From: Thermoplasmatota archaeon
GTDB lineage: Archaea > Thermoplasmatota > Penumbrarchaeia > Penumbrarchaeales > Penumbrarchaeaceae
DNA length: 42,757 nucleotides
Direction of reading: 5' to 3'
NCBI GenBank assembly: GCA_965234725.1
Contig: CBDDUX010000077.1
Coordinates: 1 to 42,757, forward strand
The position numbers were made by a program, and so were the translations under genes. This document shows positions 30,996 to 39,414 of the stretch, in pieces; the stretch's first letter is position 1; every line of letters starts with the position of its first letter. The notes under the pieces are model-generated. The model saw only the letters and a list, made by a program, of their open reading frames with translations, searched no databases and was not told the origin of the DNA.

Positions 30996-33596
30996 TCAGC
31001 CCTGGGGAGGTATGTACTGAGGCTGCTGTGGCTGGGCTTCAGGAGGCGGAGTTGTAACAGGCTGAAGGGGTTGACCCTGCGAAACCTGCTGTGGTACTTC
31101 CTGCGGCTGCTGCATTTGAGCAGGGGGGAGTCCCTGCGGTTGATCCGCTGCATTAGAGGGAGGGAGGCCTTCTTGAACAGGTTGTCCGTACATCTGTTGT
31201 GCACCCGGGTAGTTTGGATAACCTTCCAGGTTCGTTCCGAACAATTCCTCCTCAACAGATATCTGAGGTTGCGAGGGGACCGGCGGTTCCTCTTCCTCCT
31301 TCTTCTTTCTCTTTGAAAGGAAGACGAAAAGGGCGATAACCAGGACCACAATAATGACCAACACCAGTATTATCACCAGCACCAATACAGGGAACCCATC
31401 ACCATCGCCACCGTTACCATCTGCATCCTTGGCATCGGTAATGATAGGTTTCTTGGTACCCAGACCGGTGGAGTCCCAGGAATTCAGGACCTCAAGGGTC
31501 TGACCGTTGGCATCCTTTATGGTGGTCTTCATCTGTGCCACTGCATAGAGGTCAAAATCGGGTTTGATCCCCAGGTCGTCCATCTCCACAATTGTCAATG
31601 TGATCTCGACACCCATTCCACCATCCAGCATCCTTACCGTATCAAGAGGCACTATCGAGGGAGGATAGGTTGCTGAAGGACCTCTTAGATCGAACTGGAG
31701 CCGTGTGTATCTAACATTCGAGAATGGGACAGGGAAGGGATAATCAAGGGCAGATTGTGGATCCAGGATTATCTGTGTCTCGTTGAACTCTTTTGTAAGG
31801 AAGTAAAGTTCCAGCTTTGGTTCCTGGATGATCTCCTCGGTGTAGAAGAAATCAAGCTCCTTTGCGAACATGACCCTAACTTTGTAAATGGCCCCATTCC
31901 TTGTCCCTATGACAGAAGAGACATCTAGCGAGTATGGTCCGCCATTCAAGAGGGTAACCTCTTTTGTGGTCCTTGAGATTACGATAGCGGTAGTGTTGTC
32001 CGTGTGGGACCTATCAAGTTCCTTTCCCTGGAATATCTCACCAGGGACCCTGGCCTTCTCTACCTTGATGGTTACCCAATCCTTGGAAAATAATCCTGAA
32101 CTGTCCGTTACGTTCACCGTGATATTATAGGTCCCAACGGTTGAGATAGTCCTGAAGATGTGCTTGCCGTACCCGAGTACTTCACCATCCTTGGTCCAGG
32201 TGTAATTGAGGACATCTCCGTGTATGAGATCATCATCCGCTGACCTGGATGCATCGAACTCGATCACGGAGGATGTGTTGTAGACGAACGATGAGAGGGG
32301 CTGATCAAGTTTTGCCCTGGGTCCGTCGTTAACATTGATCACTGTCAATGTGAAGTTCTGATATATCCTGCCGGGTGTCGGGGGATAATCCGGTCTTCCG
32401 GATTCGGTGGACCTGTCCTGGACATAGGCCATTATGTCATAGGTGCCCACAAGCTTGTTGTAGGTCATGAACTTGAGCAGACCTGTATCCTTGTCCCAGT
32501 AGTAATCCTCCTGGAACTCTATCTGCTCCTGGGTCTTCTCGTATATTGAAGTAGTGATATTGATCCCGAAAACAAGTGATTGGTCAACATCCACATCAGA
32601 TGCCTCGAGCTGGACAGTGACCAGCTCATCTTCCAGGGCCTCCACCTCTCCGAGAGGTTCCATGGAGGGAACATCATTGACAGGGGAGACATAGACATAA
32701 AATTCCTTTCTATAATACAATCCACCCTGGTCCGAACAGTTGAAGAGGAATACTGCAAATTTATTCATATAATCCTGGACGTTCCTACCACTTAACCTCT
32801 GAGCACTGGGAATATAGGGACAGGACCAATTCTCTTTAGGAACGAATTGGACAAAACTACCGTTTGTTGTTATGTCAACTGTAATATTTTGGGCCAGGTC
32901 ATTTACCGGTTCACAAGTGTAGGTCAATGTATCGAACGGATCCTTGAGGTCCCCGAAGATCTCGTTTATGGGATCATGGTCCTTGTTGATCCCGATATAC
33001 GATCCGTCCTCTGGCAACTTGATGGAGTAGTAATCCTTTTCCGAGATCTGGGTAGGTCTGTCATTGACATTTACCACTTTGAACTTGATCTGGGATGTTG
33101 ATTCGCCCGTCCTGTTCCTGGCGATGATAGTGACGTTGAACCATTCCTTTCCATATATCTGGTTGTTCCAATCATCCTTGTTCTCCGTGATGGTCACCAT
33201 ACCAAAACTGGATTCAAGATAATAGGTCACGATATCGATCTTGATAGGTGTGTTTTCCTTGTTGAAACCCCACGGATACTTGACTTCGAAGGCTTTCAAC
33301 GGGTAGGGTATATCTTCCCCTTCTTTCCATTCATAGGAGGGATCGTAGAACAAATCATCTGAACCGAATCCGGTCACATTTAGGTATGCGCTAACAATCT
33401 GACCATATCCTTCTCTTAGGGTGATCTCCACAACGGACCTGTTGACGAGGGGTCCTCCTTCATCTCTCGTGGGGATATCATTTGAGACCATACCCTGATC
33501 CGCCATTGATAGTAAGGGCATGGAGGATATCATGATGATGATCAGGAAAATGGCTGTCAAGGGTCTGATGCTGGCGCGGTTTGGGGGGACCCACAT
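30996..33596 (-). CDS. Membrane-anchored surface protein with cadherin-like and PKD domains and a Pro/Gln-rich cytoplasmic tail
   Basis: Signal peptide, NVND motifs, PKD-like 'FDASRSAD...YTW...GTYNITVNVTD', TM followed by KRKKK, and a P/Q-rich C-terminus. GAGGTG RBS. Confidence 0.82.
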   Translation of the reverse strand: MWVPPNRASIRPLTAIFLIIIMISSMPLLSMADQGMVSNDIPTRDEGGPLVNRSVVEITLREGYGQIVSAYLNVTGFGSDDLFYDPSYEWKEGEDIPYPLKAFEVKYPWGFNKENTPIKIDIVTYYLESSFGMVTITENKDDWNNQIYGKEWFNVTIIARNRTGESTSQIKFKVVNVNDRPTQISEKDYYSIKLPEDGSYIGINKDHDPINEIFGDLKDPFDTLTYTCEPVNDLAQNITVDITTNGSFVQFVPKENWSCPYIPSAQRLSGRNVQDYMNKFAVFLFNCSDQGGLYYRKEFYVYVSPVNDVPSMEPLGEVEALEDELVTVQLEASDVDVDQSLVFGINITTSIYEKTQEQIEFQEDYYWDKDTGLLKFMTYNKLVGTYDIMAYVQDRSTESGRPDYPPTPGRIYQNFTLTVINVNDGPRAKLDQPLSSFVYNTSSVIEFDASRSADDDLIHGDVLNYTWTKDGEVLGYGKHIFRTISTVGTYNITVNVTDSSGLFSKDWVTIKVEKARVPGEIFQGKELDRSHTDNTTAIVISRTTKEVTLLNGGPYSLDVSSVIGTRNGAIYKVRVMFAKELDFFYTEEIIQEPKLELYFLTKEFNETQIILDPQSALDYPFPVPFSNVRYTRLQFDLRGPSATYPPSIVPLDTVRMLDGGMGVEITLTIVEMDDLGIKPDFDLYAVAQMKTTIKDANGQTLEVLNSWDSTGLGTKKPIITDAKDADGNGGDGDGFPVLVLVIILVLVIIVVLVIALFVFLSKRKKKEEEEPPVPSQPQISVEEELFGTNLEGYPNYPGAQQMYGQPVQEGLPPSNAADQPQGLPPAQMQQPQEVPQQVSQGQPLQPVTTPPPEAQPQQPQYIPPQG

Positions 33597-33797
33597 TTAA
33601 AACACCTCTACTGAACGCGGAAAGACCGTGTCCGGCGGTCAAGAGTTCCTACAGTTATAAATATTTTCAAGGACCCTGGATTACAAATAACATTTCACAG
33701 ACCTGAATTCCGATGATATATATCGATCGGTTCTGGTCAAGGAAAGGTTATTTATGTCCATTTGACCTTTTCAGCCTAATAAATGGAGGAGAAATAA

Positions 33798-34169
33798 TTG
33801 ACCGAAAAAGAGGAGGAGAACATGAGCATTTCCCTTCCTGTCAGGAAGAGTGCCATATCCTCGATCGAGAGCGGTCTGGCGAGGATCAATATCTCCCAAA
33901 TGGATATGTTTCAGGGGAACGAGCATCCAATGGCTGTTCTCTCCCGGGAGAAGAAGAGGGTTGTCGTGAAGATAGTATCGGATAGACTTGCCCCGGAAGG
34001 ATATGTCACAATAAGGGCGAAGGATATGGAGGACCTTGATGTGAAGGAAGGGGAAGAGGTTGTCCTTCAGCCCTATTCCAATCTGACATCGGACCTGAAA
34101 AGCTCATGGAAGAAGTTCATTAACAGATTCAAAAAGAATGATGTAGAAGAAGAGGAAGGTGATGATTGA
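33798..34169 (+). CDS. Stand-alone double-psi beta-barrel (Cdc48/VAT N-domain-like) protein with a C-terminal amphipathic helix and acidic tail
   Basis: 'GLARIN...RVVVKIV...EGYVTI...MEDLDVKEGEEVVL' resembles CDC48_N. GGAGGAG RBS 6 nt before TTG. An alternative ATG lies at 33822. Confidence 0.6.
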   Translation: MTEKEEENMSISLPVRKSAISSIESGLARINISQMDMFQGNEHPMAVLSREKKRVVVKIVSDRLAPEGYVTIRAKDMEDLDVKEGEEVVLQPYSNLTSDLKSSWKKFINRFKKNDVEEEEGDD

Positions 34170-34442
34170 ATGAAACTGACACAACGGTTCCAGGCAATAT
34201 CTGTCACTCATCCGCTATCCATGAACAGAAAGATAGACCAGTACTTAAGCGAAAAACTCCCAGATATGATGGACGAGTACAAGATAGCTGACAGGTCTGA
34301 TATCTCTGATATGGATAAGGGTTTCGAGGATCTTGAAACAAGGATGGATGCACTGGATGTCTGGAAAAAAGGGTTCGATGGAAGATTGGATAACTCTCAG
34401 AATAAAATGGCCAGATTGAGGGTCAAGTATGGAGTGAAATGA
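34170..34442 (+). CDS. Small coiled-coil protein, paralogue 1 of an IDxY(L/F)xE...E(Y/W) family
   Basis: GGTGA RBS. 'KIDQYLSEKLPDMMDEYKIADRSD' followed by heptads. Confidence 0.75.
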   Translation: MKLTQRFQAISVTHPLSMNRKIDQYLSEKLPDMMDEYKIADRSDISDMDKGFEDLETRMDALDVWKKGFDGRLDNSQNKMARLRVKYGVK

Positions 34443-34448
34443 GGTGAT

Positions 34449-34784
34449 ATGATGGCATTCGATTGGACTACATTCTGGTTTGTCGTGATAATTGGCTTAT
34501 TAGTGTTTGCCTTCGTTCTTGTATTGATGTGGTATGTTTCACTCAGCAAGAAGCGGAAGAAGCTTCCATCCCATATCGACCTCTACTTCGATGAGAATTT
34601 CAGGAAGATAATGGATGAATGGGATTTTACCACAAGGGACAAGGTGAAGGATTTCAAGAAGGATATGGGAAAGAGGTTGACCAAAGTGGGAACAGATATT
34701 TCCGCACTTGAAAAGAAGAAAGCAACCCTTGACAGAAGAATGACCGCAGTAGAACGCGGAATGGAAACCCTGGAGGCTTTCTGA
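34449..34784 (+). CDS. N-terminally membrane-anchored coiled-coil protein, paralogue 2
   Basis: GAGGTGA RBS. TM at aa ~8-31 followed by KKRKK, then 'HIDLYFDENFRKIMDEWDFTTRD' and heptads. Confidence 0.8.
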   Translation: MMAFDWTTFWFVVIIGLLVFAFVLVLMWYVSLSKKRKKLPSHIDLYFDENFRKIMDEWDFTTRDKVKDFKKDMGKRLTKVGTDISALEKKKATLDRRMTAVERGMETLEAF

Positions 34785-34797
34785 GGAGGTGTGAAAG

Positions 34798-35142
34798 ATG
34801 ACCGAAGAGATGATCGAAGAGGAAAAAAGAAAGGGATTCTTCACATGGCTCAAGGAGAAGTTCTCGAAAGATGAGGAGGAAGAACCGGAAGAGGCTCCGC
34901 AGTACAAACGGCGGCTCTTTGACGGCAGGATCGAGAAGTATCTGGATCAGAACCTGGATGCCTATATTTCAGAATACGGCATAGTCACTGGTCTTGACCT
35001 TGAAGTTTACGAGGAGAGGTACGGTAGATTGACGAAGAGGATATCCACTATGTCAGAATATATGTCCGAGGCTGATGTGAAGGTATCCGTCCTGGAAAAG
35101 GACCTTTCCCAGATCCAGGAGGCCGCATCCAAAAAGAAATGA
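34798..35142 (+). CDS. Coiled-coil protein with an N-terminal amphipathic helix, paralogue 3
   Basis: GGAGGTG RBS. 'KGFFTWLKEKF', then 'RIEKYLDQNLDAYISEYGIVTGLD' and heptads. Confidence 0.8.
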   Translation: MTEEMIEEEKRKGFFTWLKEKFSKDEEEEPEEAPQYKRRLFDGRIEKYLDQNLDAYISEYGIVTGLDLEVYEERYGRLTKRISTMSEYMSEADVKVSVLEKDLSQIQEAASKKK

Positions 35143-35148
35143 GAGGTT

Positions 35149-35649
35149 ATGGATATGCTTGCAGAGATCATAGAAAAATACAGGGTCGTCAATTCTGTTG
35201 GAACTACCATCGGAAAGGTCAAGGACATCCATATAGACCTCAACACCTGGAAGATCGAGGCTTTCGAGATCTCACCGGGTGCATTGAAGAAGGATTTCCT
35301 TCTCAGAGCTTCCGAGATAGTGAAGTTTGACGAGAAGGACCAGATAGTGATCGTTGCTGACGACTATCTTTCGGAAGAGGTTCCCAAGACACCCAGAAAG
35401 GATCTGTTCCCCTTCGATGAGCTAAAGAAGAAGAATGTTGTCGACAGGAACGAAGAGAAGGTGGGCAAGGTCTACAATCTTGAGATACCCTTCGAAAAAT
35501 TGAAGGTGCTCAAGGTCTGGAAATTGCTCATCAAGACAGGTATTTCCGACAGACGGCTGAGGATCTCCATCACCGAGGTGGAGGAGATAATGGAGAACAT
35601 CACTCTAAAGGGAGTCCTGGAGGATTATACCGAGAAGGACGACCGATAG
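35149..35649 (+). CDS. Tandem PRC-barrel domain protein
   Basis: Two PRC motifs: 'RVVNSVGTTIGKVKDIHID' and 'NVVDRNEEKVGKVYNLEI'. Confidence 0.85.
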   Translation: MDMLAEIIEKYRVVNSVGTTIGKVKDIHIDLNTWKIEAFEISPGALKKDFLLRASEIVKFDEKDQIVIVADDYLSEEVPKTPRKDLFPFDELKKKNVVDRNEEKVGKVYNLEIPFEKLKVLKVWKLLIKTGISDRRLRISITEVEEIMENITLKGVLEDYTEKDDR

Positions 35650-35728
35650 ACGCGATATGTTCCATTACGCAAAATTGAAATAACCATCCACTTTATCGTG
35701 GATGTCCACTATCGAACCAGGTGATAAC

Positions 35729-36328
35729 ATGTCCACCACCGAGAAGATGACAACGCAGGTACTTGAGCTCAGGGAGAAAGGCCTTTCAAGGGAAGATATT
35801 GCGAAGGAACTTCATCTCTCAGAGGAGACCGTCGGCTGGCTGCTGTCCAGGGGAAAGGGATCCGAGAAACCACCTGCTGACATATACATAGGCTGGAGGT
35901 CAATGGGAGTGTACTCCACCAGGCTTACACACCTTGCGAGGATATTCTCGGATATCATTTTGGAGGAATGTGAGGAAGCTGGCCAAGAGGTCGATGCAAT
36001 CATGGGAGTTGCCATCAATGGCATACCGCTTGCTACCACCATTGCCAACGAAATGGACCTGGAATTGGTGATCTACAGGCCTCTGAGGTCAGACCAAACA
36101 GATGATGTTGGTGGCTCCACCCTGTCAAACTTTGCAGGTGTAAGGGATAAGAGGGTGGTTATCGTTGATGATGTCCTTTCATCCGGAAAGACCATGAATG
36201 GGGCGATAGACTACCTGAAAGCAAATCAGGGTGTCCCTGCACTATGCCTTTCGATCATAAACAAACAGCAGTTCAACGAAATTGACGGGGTCCCGGTAAG
36301 GGCTCTCATCAGGACCCATGTGGTCTGA
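35729..36328 (+). CDS. gfcR: HTH + PRTase-domain protein (archaeal PyrE-like / GfcR-type regulator)
   Basis: N-terminal HTH 'LREKGLSREDIAKELHLSEETVGWLL', 'PADIYIGW', 'NGIPLA', 'SNFA' and PRPP motif 'VIVDDVLSSGKT'. GGTGA RBS before ATG 35729. Confidence 0.85.
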   Translation: MSTTEKMTTQVLELREKGLSREDIAKELHLSEETVGWLLSRGKGSEKPPADIYIGWRSMGVYSTRLTHLARIFSDIILEECEEAGQEVDAIMGVAINGIPLATTIANEMDLELVIYRPLRSDQTDDVGGSTLSNFAGVRDKRVVIVDDVLSSGKTMNGAIDYLKANQGVPALCLSIINKQQFNEIDGVPVRALIRTHVV

Positions 36329-36336
36329 TAGGGATT

Positions 36337-37917
36337 TTGGTGTTGACAATGCATTGGGCGGATGTTATAGCCTTGAGGCTGAAGGAGATTGGTGGAAAGC
36401 ACAGGATAGCCACGGGGATAACACCATCCGGTCATATCCATGTGGGCAATATGAGGGAGATCCTGACAGGGGACCTTGTACATAAGGCTTCAAAGGAAGC
36501 TGGTGTGGATTCAACTCTTTATTACCTTGCAGATGATTTTGATCCCTTGAGAAAGGTCTACCCCTTCCTCCCGGAAAGTTACAAGGAACATGTGGGGAAA
36601 CCTCTTTCAGAGATACCCTCACCTGGAGAAGATGGGAGGACTTATGCCCAATATTTCCTGGAACCATTCCTTCGATCGGTGAAGGACCTTGGTATCGAGG
36701 CGGAGGTTCTTCGATCATCAGGATCCTACAAGGAGGGACGATATGCCGAGGCTATCTCGATCCTGCTTGATAGAAGGGAGCAGGTGAAGGAGATCCTGGA
36801 AAGGGTATCCGGAAGGGACCTTCCCGGGGACTGGCTTCCATACAACGCGAAATGCCCGGTTTGTGGAAGGATAGATTCCACCAAAGCCGTTTCCTGGGAG
36901 AAACCCTATGTCCATTTCATCTGCACCTGCGGAAATGAGGGGCGGGCCGATACCAGGACCGATGACGGAAAACTGCCTTGGAGATTGGACTGGCCGGCAA
37001 GATGGTACTGGCTGGGTGTGACCTGTGAACCTTTCGGGAAGGACCATGCGGCCTCTGGTGGGTCCTACGACACATCATCAGAAATCTCAAGAAAGGTCCT
37101 TTCGAGAGAACCTCCGGAACCTGTCGTATACGAATGGATACAGCTCAAGGGCAAAGGTGCAATGTCATCGTCATCAGGGGTGGTCGTAAGCGGAGTGGAT
37201 ATGCTCAAGATAACCCCTCCTGAAGTATTGAGGTTCCTCATTTCCAGGAACCAGCCCTCCAGACATATTGACATGGACCCTGGTCTGGGGATCCTTAACC
37301 TCGTTGACGAATATGACAGATACGAGAAGGAATACCTTTCAGAGGAGAATGGGGAGGGAGAAGAGAAAGGTGATAGAAGAAGGGCCTTCCAGCTTTCAAT
37401 GGTCTCATCGGATGATGGAACCCAGATACCATCGGTCCAGGTCCCATACAGACACCTGGTGACCCTTGTCCAGTTAACAGATGGATTCGAGAATGTCAAA
37501 GATATGGTACTTCGGAGCGAGGGGATCGATAAACTGGATGATGCATCCCTCGAAAGGCTCAGACACAGGATCGATTGTGTAAGGTCCTGGCTTGACAGGT
37601 TCGCACCGGAGGATGTCAAGTTCACACTATATGATGTTCCACCCCTCGAAGAGATCGATTCACTAACGGAGGAACTGATACAACCACTCAAAGCAATGAG
37701 AGAGGACCTGGTATCGGTGAAATGGGACGCCGAATCCATTCACAATGCAATCTATGAAGGGTCCCGAAGCAGAGGGATAGAACCCAAGAACACCTTCAAG
37801 GCCTTCTACCGCATACTTCTTGGAAGGGACAGAGGTCCAAGGCTCGGTTTCTTCCTCTCTACCATGGAAAGGGCGGATATCCTGAGAAAGCTTGATATTG
37901 CACTGAAGGATGCATGA
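36337..37917 (+). CDS. lysS: Class I lysyl-tRNA synthetase
   Basis: 'HWAD', 'TPSGHIHVGN', 'KLPWRLDWP', 'EPFGKDH', 'AMSSS' and 'GPRLG'. The start lies somewhere in 36337-36349. Confidence 0.97.
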   Translation: MVLTMHWADVIALRLKEIGGKHRIATGITPSGHIHVGNMREILTGDLVHKASKEAGVDSTLYYLADDFDPLRKVYPFLPESYKEHVGKPLSEIPSPGEDGRTYAQYFLEPFLRSVKDLGIEAEVLRSSGSYKEGRYAEAISILLDRREQVKEILERVSGRDLPGDWLPYNAKCPVCGRIDSTKAVSWEKPYVHFICTCGNEGRADTRTDDGKLPWRLDWPARWYWLGVTCEPFGKDHAASGGSYDTSSEISRKVLSREPPEPVVYEWIQLKGKGAMSSSSGVVVSGVDMLKITPPEVLRFLISRNQPSRHIDMDPGLGILNLVDEYDRYEKEYLSEENGEGEEKGDRRRAFQLSMVSSDDGTQIPSVQVPYRHLVTLVQLTDGFENVKDMVLRSEGIDKLDDASLERLRHRIDCVRSWLDRFAPEDVKFTLYDVPPLEEIDSLTEELIQPLKAMREDLVSVKWDAESIHNAIYEGSRSRGIEPKNTFKAFYRILLGRDRGPRLGFFLSTMERADILRKLDIALKDA

Positions 37918-37936
37918 AAGAAGATCGATAACTAAC

Positions 37937-38009
37937 AGCCCTGTAGTGTAGTGGTCTAACATTCCGGCCTTTGGAGCCGGAGACGACGGTTCGAATCCGC
38001 CCGGGGCTA
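37937..38009 (+). tRNA. tRNA-Gln (anticodon TTG), intronless, CCA not fully encoded
   Basis: Acceptor AGCCCTG/CGGGGCT with A1-U72 (typical of archaeal Gln), anticodon arm CCGGC-CTTTGGA-GCCGG, T loop TTCGAAT and discriminator A. Confidence 0.95.
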
Positions 38010-38013
38010 CCTT

Positions 38014-38042
38014 TTATATTATTGATATAATCAATAATATAA
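38014..38042. repeat. Perfect 13-bp AT-rich inverted repeat TTATATTATTGAT-ATA-ATCAATAATATAA
   Basis: Arms at 38014-38026 and 38030-38042, directly after the tRNA. Confidence 0.9.
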
Positions 38043-38050
38043 CATCTTGG

Positions 38051-38224
38051 CCGGATGGATTCGAACTTGTCCTGGAATCATTGTGAAGAATATCTCAATG
38101 ATTGTAGGTACGCGAAATCACGAAGGGATTTGGCTGTATCCTTGAGACTCGAAGCACGAAGTGATGAGAGTCTGAAGGCAGACACAATCTCTGATTGTGG
38201 CGATGCGAATCCGCCCGGGGCTAC
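38051..38224. mobile_element. tRNA-linked miniature element or att-site scar
   Basis: 19-bp exact direct repeat of the tRNA 3' end (CGAATCCGCCCGGGGCTAC at 37992-38010 and 38206-38224), plus an inverted T-arm copy CCGGATGGATTCGAAC at 38051-38066. Confidence 0.6.
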
Positions 38225-38298
38225 TATTTTTAATTTTTTTATGAAAATCGACGGATAGAAATATGGATTCGGCGATAAGGTGGACCTGAGGGAAGACC

Positions 38299-39414
38299 AT
38301 GACTTACAGGATCGCTGAACTACCCGGTGACGGTGTTGGAAAAGAGGTTTTGGATGCCGCCAAGATGGTGCTTGATTCGGTCGGCTTCAAGGCGGATTAC
38401 ATACATGGCGACATAGGCTGGGAGTTCTGGAAGAAGGAAGGCAATGCCCTTCCCGATCGGACCATAGAGCTGTTGAAGAACACGGATTGCGCCCTTTTCG
38501 GAGCCATCACATCAAAACCTAAAGATGAAGCAGCCAAGGAACTGGACCCCGCATTGAAGGACAAGGGTTATGTCTATTTCTCACCCATTGTAGGTATGAG
38601 GCAGCTACTCCAACTGCACACCAATATGAGACCGTGTAAAGCATTCGAAGGGAATCCCCTCAATATCAGAGAAAATGTGGACATAGTGGTCTTCAGAGAG
38701 AACACAGAGGGTCTCTATTCCGGCATTGAATGGTGGCCTGTCCCTCAAGAGGTAAGAGATACATTCCTTGAACACCACAAGAAATGGGAGAGGTTCCATG
38801 AACTTCCAGAAAAGGATGTGGCCGTCACCCTGAGGGTCATCACCAGGGAAGGTGCCAGAAGGATCCTGAGGTCCGGCTTCGAATTTGCCAAGGAACATGG
38901 GAGAAAGAGACTTACCCTGGCAGAAAAACCGAACGTCCTTCGAGAGACATCCGGATTGATGACGGAAGTTGCAAGGGAGATGTCAAAGGATTACCCCATG
39001 GTGAGCATGGATGAAGCGAATATCGATGCCATGGCCATGTGGATGGTCAAGAACCCGGAGGATTATTCCATCCTCGTTTCCTCGAACCTGTTCGGAGATG
39101 TCCTTTCCGATCTGGGGGCCCAGCTTGTGGGAGGCCTTGGATTCGCATCCGCCGCCAATATCGGTGATGACTATGCTGTTTTCGAACCTACACATGGATC
39201 AGCCCCGAAGTATGCAGGGAAGGGGATCGTCAATCCCATTGCCATGATACTTGCCTCCAGACTGATGCTGAACTATCTCGGTGAAAAGGAATTAGCCTCA
39301 AGGATCGAGTCCGCAGTGGCGAAAGTTGTAAAGGAAGGAAAAGTAAGGACCAAGGACATGGGAGGCACAGCATCCACGATGGAGATGGCTACTGCTGTTC
39401 GGGATGCACTCTGA
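38299..39414 (+). CDS. Isocitrate/isopropylmalate dehydrogenase family protein (possibly homoisocitrate dehydrogenase)
   Basis: 'LPGDGVGKEV', 'RENTEGLY', 'KPNV', 'NLFGDVLSD', 'FEPTHGSAP' and 'NPIA'. 'YFSPIV' resembles the homoisocitrate dehydrogenase 'YSSPIV'. Confidence 0.9.
   Translation: MTYRIAELPGDGVGKEVLDAAKMVLDSVGFKADYIHGDIGWEFWKKEGNALPDRTIELLKNTDCALFGAITSKPKDEAAKELDPALKDKGYVYFSPIVGMRQLLQLHTNMRPCKAFEGNPLNIRENVDIVVFRENTEGLYSGIEWWPVPQEVRDTFLEHHKKWERFHELPEKDVAVTLRVITREGARRILRSGFEFAKEHGRKRLTLAEKPNVLRETSGLMTEVAREMSKDYPMVSMDEANIDAMAMWMVKNPEDYSILVSSNLFGDVLSDLGAQLVGGLGFASAANIGDDYAVFEPTHGSAPKYAGKGIVNPIAMILASRLMLNYLGEKELASRIESAVAKVVKEGKVRTKDMGGTASTMEMATAVRDAL

Noticed and set aside
38055..38300. 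Short ORFs 38055-38258 (+) and 38118-38300 (-)
   Set aside because: No recognisable motifs or SD, and they run across the tRNA-derived repeats. Likely non-coding.
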